Source: Okamejei kenojei
Taxonomy: Eukaryota
Reading direction: 5' to 3'
NCBI GenBank assembly: GCA_035221665.1
Contig: CM069156.1
Span: forward strand, 23,994,001 to 24,058,000
Length of the DNA: 64,000 nt
The stretch's first letter is position 1, and each line of letters starts with the position of its first letter. The notes beneath the pieces were generated by a model. It saw only the letters and a list, made by a program, of their open reading frames with translations, was not told the origin of the DNA and did not search any database. A program made the position numbers and the translations under genes. This document shows, in pieces, positions 59,478 to 64,000 of the stretch.

Positions 59478-59590
59478 TTTTATACGGAGAGGTGAGAGTG
59501 AGATCCCCGGCGAGCGAATCCCGAGCACCGACACACTGCGCACGCTCTACGTCAGGACCGCACTCCGCAATGCTCGCGGGTTATTAATAA
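59478..59590 (-). promoter_or_regulatory. Candidate pri-miR-212/132 core promoter
   Basis: Minus-strand TATAAAA (59484-59478), TGACGTA (59554-59548) and MEF2-consensus TTATTAATAA (59581-59590), within CpG-rich DNA; GTAAG donors downstream at ~59323 and ~59353. Confidence 0.6.
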
Positions 59591-61864
59591 ACAGGCTGCG
59601 CTGGGTGGGAGAGCGGCTCGGAGCGGCGGCCGGGACCCGCACCCGCCCCACTCAGCACCACTGAGCCCGACACAATCGCACCGAACGTCTTCGAGCTCAT
59701 ACCACTCTTCACCTCGCTTCTCTCGACTCGGGCGGCAGGAGAGGGTGGGCTGAGGTGACCCGGGCCTATCGCAGTACCAGTGGCGTGTGATGGAAGATGG
59801 GTTTCGTGGGGGATGCGGGAGGGGACAGGGTTAATAAAGCAGAATTCTCGGGGCGCGGGCAGATGAAAATGGTGGGTGTTTGGAGGTGGGTAGGGTGGGG
59901 GGGGGGGGGGGGAGGGACGATGAGTGTGACAGGAACATAAACCGTGGCCGCCAGCGTGGGTCGGACGGACGGGGAGCTGGATAGTGACAGTGGAGTTTGG
60001 GGGATGCCCGGTAAGAGACGGCGCCAGATGCCGTCGCGGGTTGTTCCACCAGTGAGATATCCACCGAGACTGACACAGCGTACACGAGGGGAGACTCCGT
60101 GCCCCCAGAGGGAGCGATCTAAGCGCTGACGCTGTCGACAGCACAGATACCCAGCGTGCGTGGCACATCTAACTAGTGCATGACACTGACACCACACACA
60201 GGGCAAGACTGGCGCACGTATCCATTGTGGGAATGCAGGTGTGAGAATGATTGCAGTGCACACTGTGAGAGTCGTCCCAGTGCATACTGTAGAGAGAGAC
60301 GGGGTGAAGTAATGGAGTGAAAGGATGGGGAGAAGGGGAAGGGAGAGAGATATGTGAATTGGTGTGGGACGCCCTCAAGGGTGATGCGAAATCAAGCAAA
60401 CAGCCCCTCGAACCCATTGGATTGCTTTTTGCATCGACCTCATCAAACTTTGATTATTCCAAAAGCCCAAATGAACCTGTTTCCACGGCCCTTCCCGATC
60501 ACTGCGCCTAGCCCCCCACCCCCCCCCCCCCCCCCCTTCTTTCGGGTCCTCATGCGGGACTTCGGTTCGGACACAGAGTGGAATCCTCCACTGTACCATA
60601 CACCGGTCCTGAGGTCAGAAAATGACAGACGCTATCTCTACACCATTACATCACTCAATCCAGGATCGAAGCAGAATGTAGCCCTCTCTATAATCTCCCA
60701 ATAACCAACTACAGAGGTACAGGTGGTAATTCTCCTCCCTACTGGCCCTGTCGCGTCCATAGAGCAGCGACGAGCTGCTGCAGTCGGTGTGTTACAGGTT
60801 GAGTGAGAGAAGCAACATAGGTCTGTTTATCAAACAGGTATTGCTGGTGGATGAAGGGGAAAGCGACGAAATGTACTCGGGAAGGAAAAGAAGAACACAT
60901 TTTTTTGCTTGAAAGGATTGGTGTTGATTATAAGGATGGTGTCAGGAGAGAGATGAGATCGCGGTGGAGGGTTATGGGATGGGTGTTGCGAGTACCACAG
61001 GTGTTTCGGCCTCCCAACTATCTCTTGGGCCCAGGTCCACGGAGAGACTGCAGAATGACACGGGCAGTAGTCAGTGGGGACCAGGGATGGACACCTCCTC
61101 CCGATGATGTGCGTACCACCTAATGTATATCCCGAATCGTCACCTCGGGTGGAGTTGAGTTCACTGAATCGCTCTCCTGTCTTGACTACATTGGCGTTCA
61201 CCTGTGGTCTCCTCTGAATTGGCGAGTCTAAAGTCAGATCTGGTGCTAAATTTACGGAGTCCCGTTAAATCAAATCTCCGCCTCACGCCACCGACCTCAG
61301 TCTGTAAACCTCCCGCACTGATACAACGAGGTGTAACCCCCTGTGGTGGTGGAAACAACACCTCTATACCGCCTTGCAAACAAACGTTGATCCTTGAGGA
61401 CTCGGCAATTTTAGGGAAACTTCATGGAATCTCTTTTTATTATTTGACAGCATCCGCTCTGCGGTGGTCATCCATCTGTGATCAAGTCAGTCTCCAGGCT
61501 GACTTGCCGATTTTGCTGGGCATTCCCAACAATTTTATGACTTTACTTCACCACTTTCTGAAGTTAGATAGGGAGGAAACAATAACAATGTTATCAGTTG
61601 ATTTATTTCTAGTCTAACCTTAATTTATAGAGACGTAGGTGACGGAGCTGTACAGCATGGAAACAGGACATTCGGCAATTGTCCAATGTCGCCCAAGTTG
61701 GCATTCTTACCCACTTGTCTTGATCTGGACGGAGCTCTAAGCTTCATACACACAATTAAAGCTTAATATCTAATATCTTATATTTATAAATTATATCTAG
61801 AATTTATATTCTTTCTTATCCTTTCTAGTTTTATACAATATATACATTAGACTATAAAATTCAC

Positions 61865-62961
61865 TTGGACACACACCAACACACACGCGCGCGCGCGCAC
61901 ACGCGCACAACACTAACCAAAATACACACACGCAAACACACGCACACACAAACACAACAACGCGGCGGCGGGCAAAAAACACGGGGACAACGACCACACA
62001 CAAAACAAACCACCGCGGCACACAAACAACACAAGACACACAATACGAAACCAAAACAACAAAACAACAGCACAACACAGGCGCAACAAAACACCACGAC
62101 ACGCGAGCATACACACACACGCACACAAAAACACACACACGCACACACCACACACACGACACCACGACAACAAAAAACACACACGCACACACAACACAAC
62201 CACCAACACAACACGCACACACGCGCAACGCGCGCATACACAACACGCACAACAAACACAACACCCCCACACGCAACACACACCACAAACACACACAAAC
62301 ACACACGAACGGGATCCACAACCATACCCCAAAACAACACAGCACCAATACAACCACACTCACACACAAACACAACACACACGCACACCAATACACACAC
62401 CATCACACCACACCCCCAAACACACCAATAACACATAACACAACCACACAGCACACCACACACACACCACAAACCTCCACCTCCCCCCACTCTCAAACAA
62501 TACAATATACATAAACAATTATAATAAACCTCAACAAATAAAAAATACCCTACACAACTCACAATTACACCAATCATCCACCCACCCACCTCACAACAAA
62601 ACCCCACAAAAACACATTATCCCCACCAAACCCCACCCCCCCACCCCCACACTCCACCACCCACACAACACAACAACCCCAAAACCACAACCCCCACCCC
62701 AACCACCCACACCATCCACCCCCAACCAACCCCAAAAAACAAAACACCCAACCCCCACCACCCCCACACACACCACCCAACCCAACCCACCCCCCCACCC
62801 CCCCACAACAAAACCACCCCCCCCACACCAAACACCAACCCACAACACACCCAAAACACACAACCACACCACGCACCAACCACCACCCAAACCAAACCAA
62901 CCCCCCACCCAAAACCACCAAAACCTACACACACCAACAACACCATCCAAACCACACAAAA
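61865..62961. repeat. CA/C-rich low-complexity sequence, probably low-quality consensus
   Basis: Irregular (CA)n-like run with little G or T, abutting a gap. Confidence 0.85.
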
Positions 62962-63461
62962 NNNNNNNNNNNNNNNNNNNNNNNNNNNNNNNNNNNNNNN
63001 NNNNNNNNNNNNNNNNNNNNNNNNNNNNNNNNNNNNNNNNNNNNNNNNNNNNNNNNNNNNNNNNNNNNNNNNNNNNNNNNNNNNNNNNNNNNNNNNNNNN
63101 NNNNNNNNNNNNNNNNNNNNNNNNNNNNNNNNNNNNNNNNNNNNNNNNNNNNNNNNNNNNNNNNNNNNNNNNNNNNNNNNNNNNNNNNNNNNNNNNNNNN
63201 NNNNNNNNNNNNNNNNNNNNNNNNNNNNNNNNNNNNNNNNNNNNNNNNNNNNNNNNNNNNNNNNNNNNNNNNNNNNNNNNNNNNNNNNNNNNNNNNNNNN
63301 NNNNNNNNNNNNNNNNNNNNNNNNNNNNNNNNNNNNNNNNNNNNNNNNNNNNNNNNNNNNNNNNNNNNNNNNNNNNNNNNNNNNNNNNNNNNNNNNNNNN
63401 NNNNNNNNNNNNNNNNNNNNNNNNNNNNNNNNNNNNNNNNNNNNNNNNNNNNNNNNNNNNN
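62962..63461. other. Assembly gap
   Basis: 500 N. Confidence 1.
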
Positions 63462-64000
63462 CATAGAGAGATAGTATTTCACTACACGCTAAACAAGTCT
63501 CAGAACTAATTATGGCTTCAAAATGGGCAGCTGGGAACCGCATATACCAGTATCATTCACATGGCCAGCCTTGGGGACGAAGGTCACCTCAGTAAGGGGT
63601 TAGAACATAGGACTGTTTATGAAGTTTCTGCAACAGGAGCCGACACTGGCCCTGAGCTTAGCAGACTGCCAGCCTCCATAGCCGTGTCTGGCATGGGGAA
63701 TTCGGGCCCTCATCCCTTTCTTTTGCTGCTGGGATTTCTGCCTGGGCAATAGAGAAGCACGGAGTATACATTGTGTGGTTCGAGTATCCCGAGCGAGGGA
63801 AGCAGCTCAGTCCCTGGTGTGGTGGGGGGGTGGGGGGTACACTCATCGTGTGCTTCGTCAGGTTGTTCCCGTGCCTGGCCCCCCGCTTGTCAGTTGAACC
63901 CAGCGGTCCACCTTGAAGCCCACTGCTCGACGTGTGTCCTGCCCCGGGCGTCCCGAGAGAGGGACACGGCGTGAATGTTAGTCTGGTATATAGATATTGT

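Noticed and set aside
58268-59660. REST/RE1 site expected near miR-132
   Set aside because: Only isolated half-sites were seen (GGACAGCGC ~58279; TCAGCACC ~59652), with no full 21-bp consensus.
60830-61617. 123-137 aa ORFs near the contig end
   Set aside because: No recognisable motifs or exon structure; possibly repeat-derived or low-quality sequence.
61797-63543. Long Val/Cys/Gly and Thr/His ORFs
   Set aside because: Artefacts of CA-rich low-complexity sequence and N gaps.

Overview
Eukaryotic vertebrate DNA. The repeat landscape (CR1 LINEs, tRNA-derived SINEs, Penelope remnants, Tc1 elements) suggests a cartilaginous fish, probably a skate or ray; this is an inference. Two spliced genes sit head-to-head around a CpG island at ~9.45-10.2 kb. 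TMEM199 (VMA12) is on the minus strand, with 5 coding exons seen and the last exon outside the window. POLDIP2 (PDIP38) is on the plus strand with 10 shared exons. The main finding is that POLDIP2 has THREE tandem, diverged but intact copies of its last coding exon (32140, 35585, 37786). Each has a phase-compatible acceptor and its own stop codon, which predicts three proteins with swapped ApaG/DUF525 C-termini. Further on, a miR-212/miR-132 cluster lies on the minus strand with clustered CRE-like motifs and a candidate TATA/CRE/MEF2 promoter. The rest is mobile elements (an IR/DR Tc1, a hAT-like element, an internally deleted RTE, Penelope remnants with hammerhead motifs), minisatellites, two assembly gaps and a low-quality low-complexity stretch. 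All identifications come from manual translation and remembered family sequences, not from database searches. Repeat boundaries are approximate.
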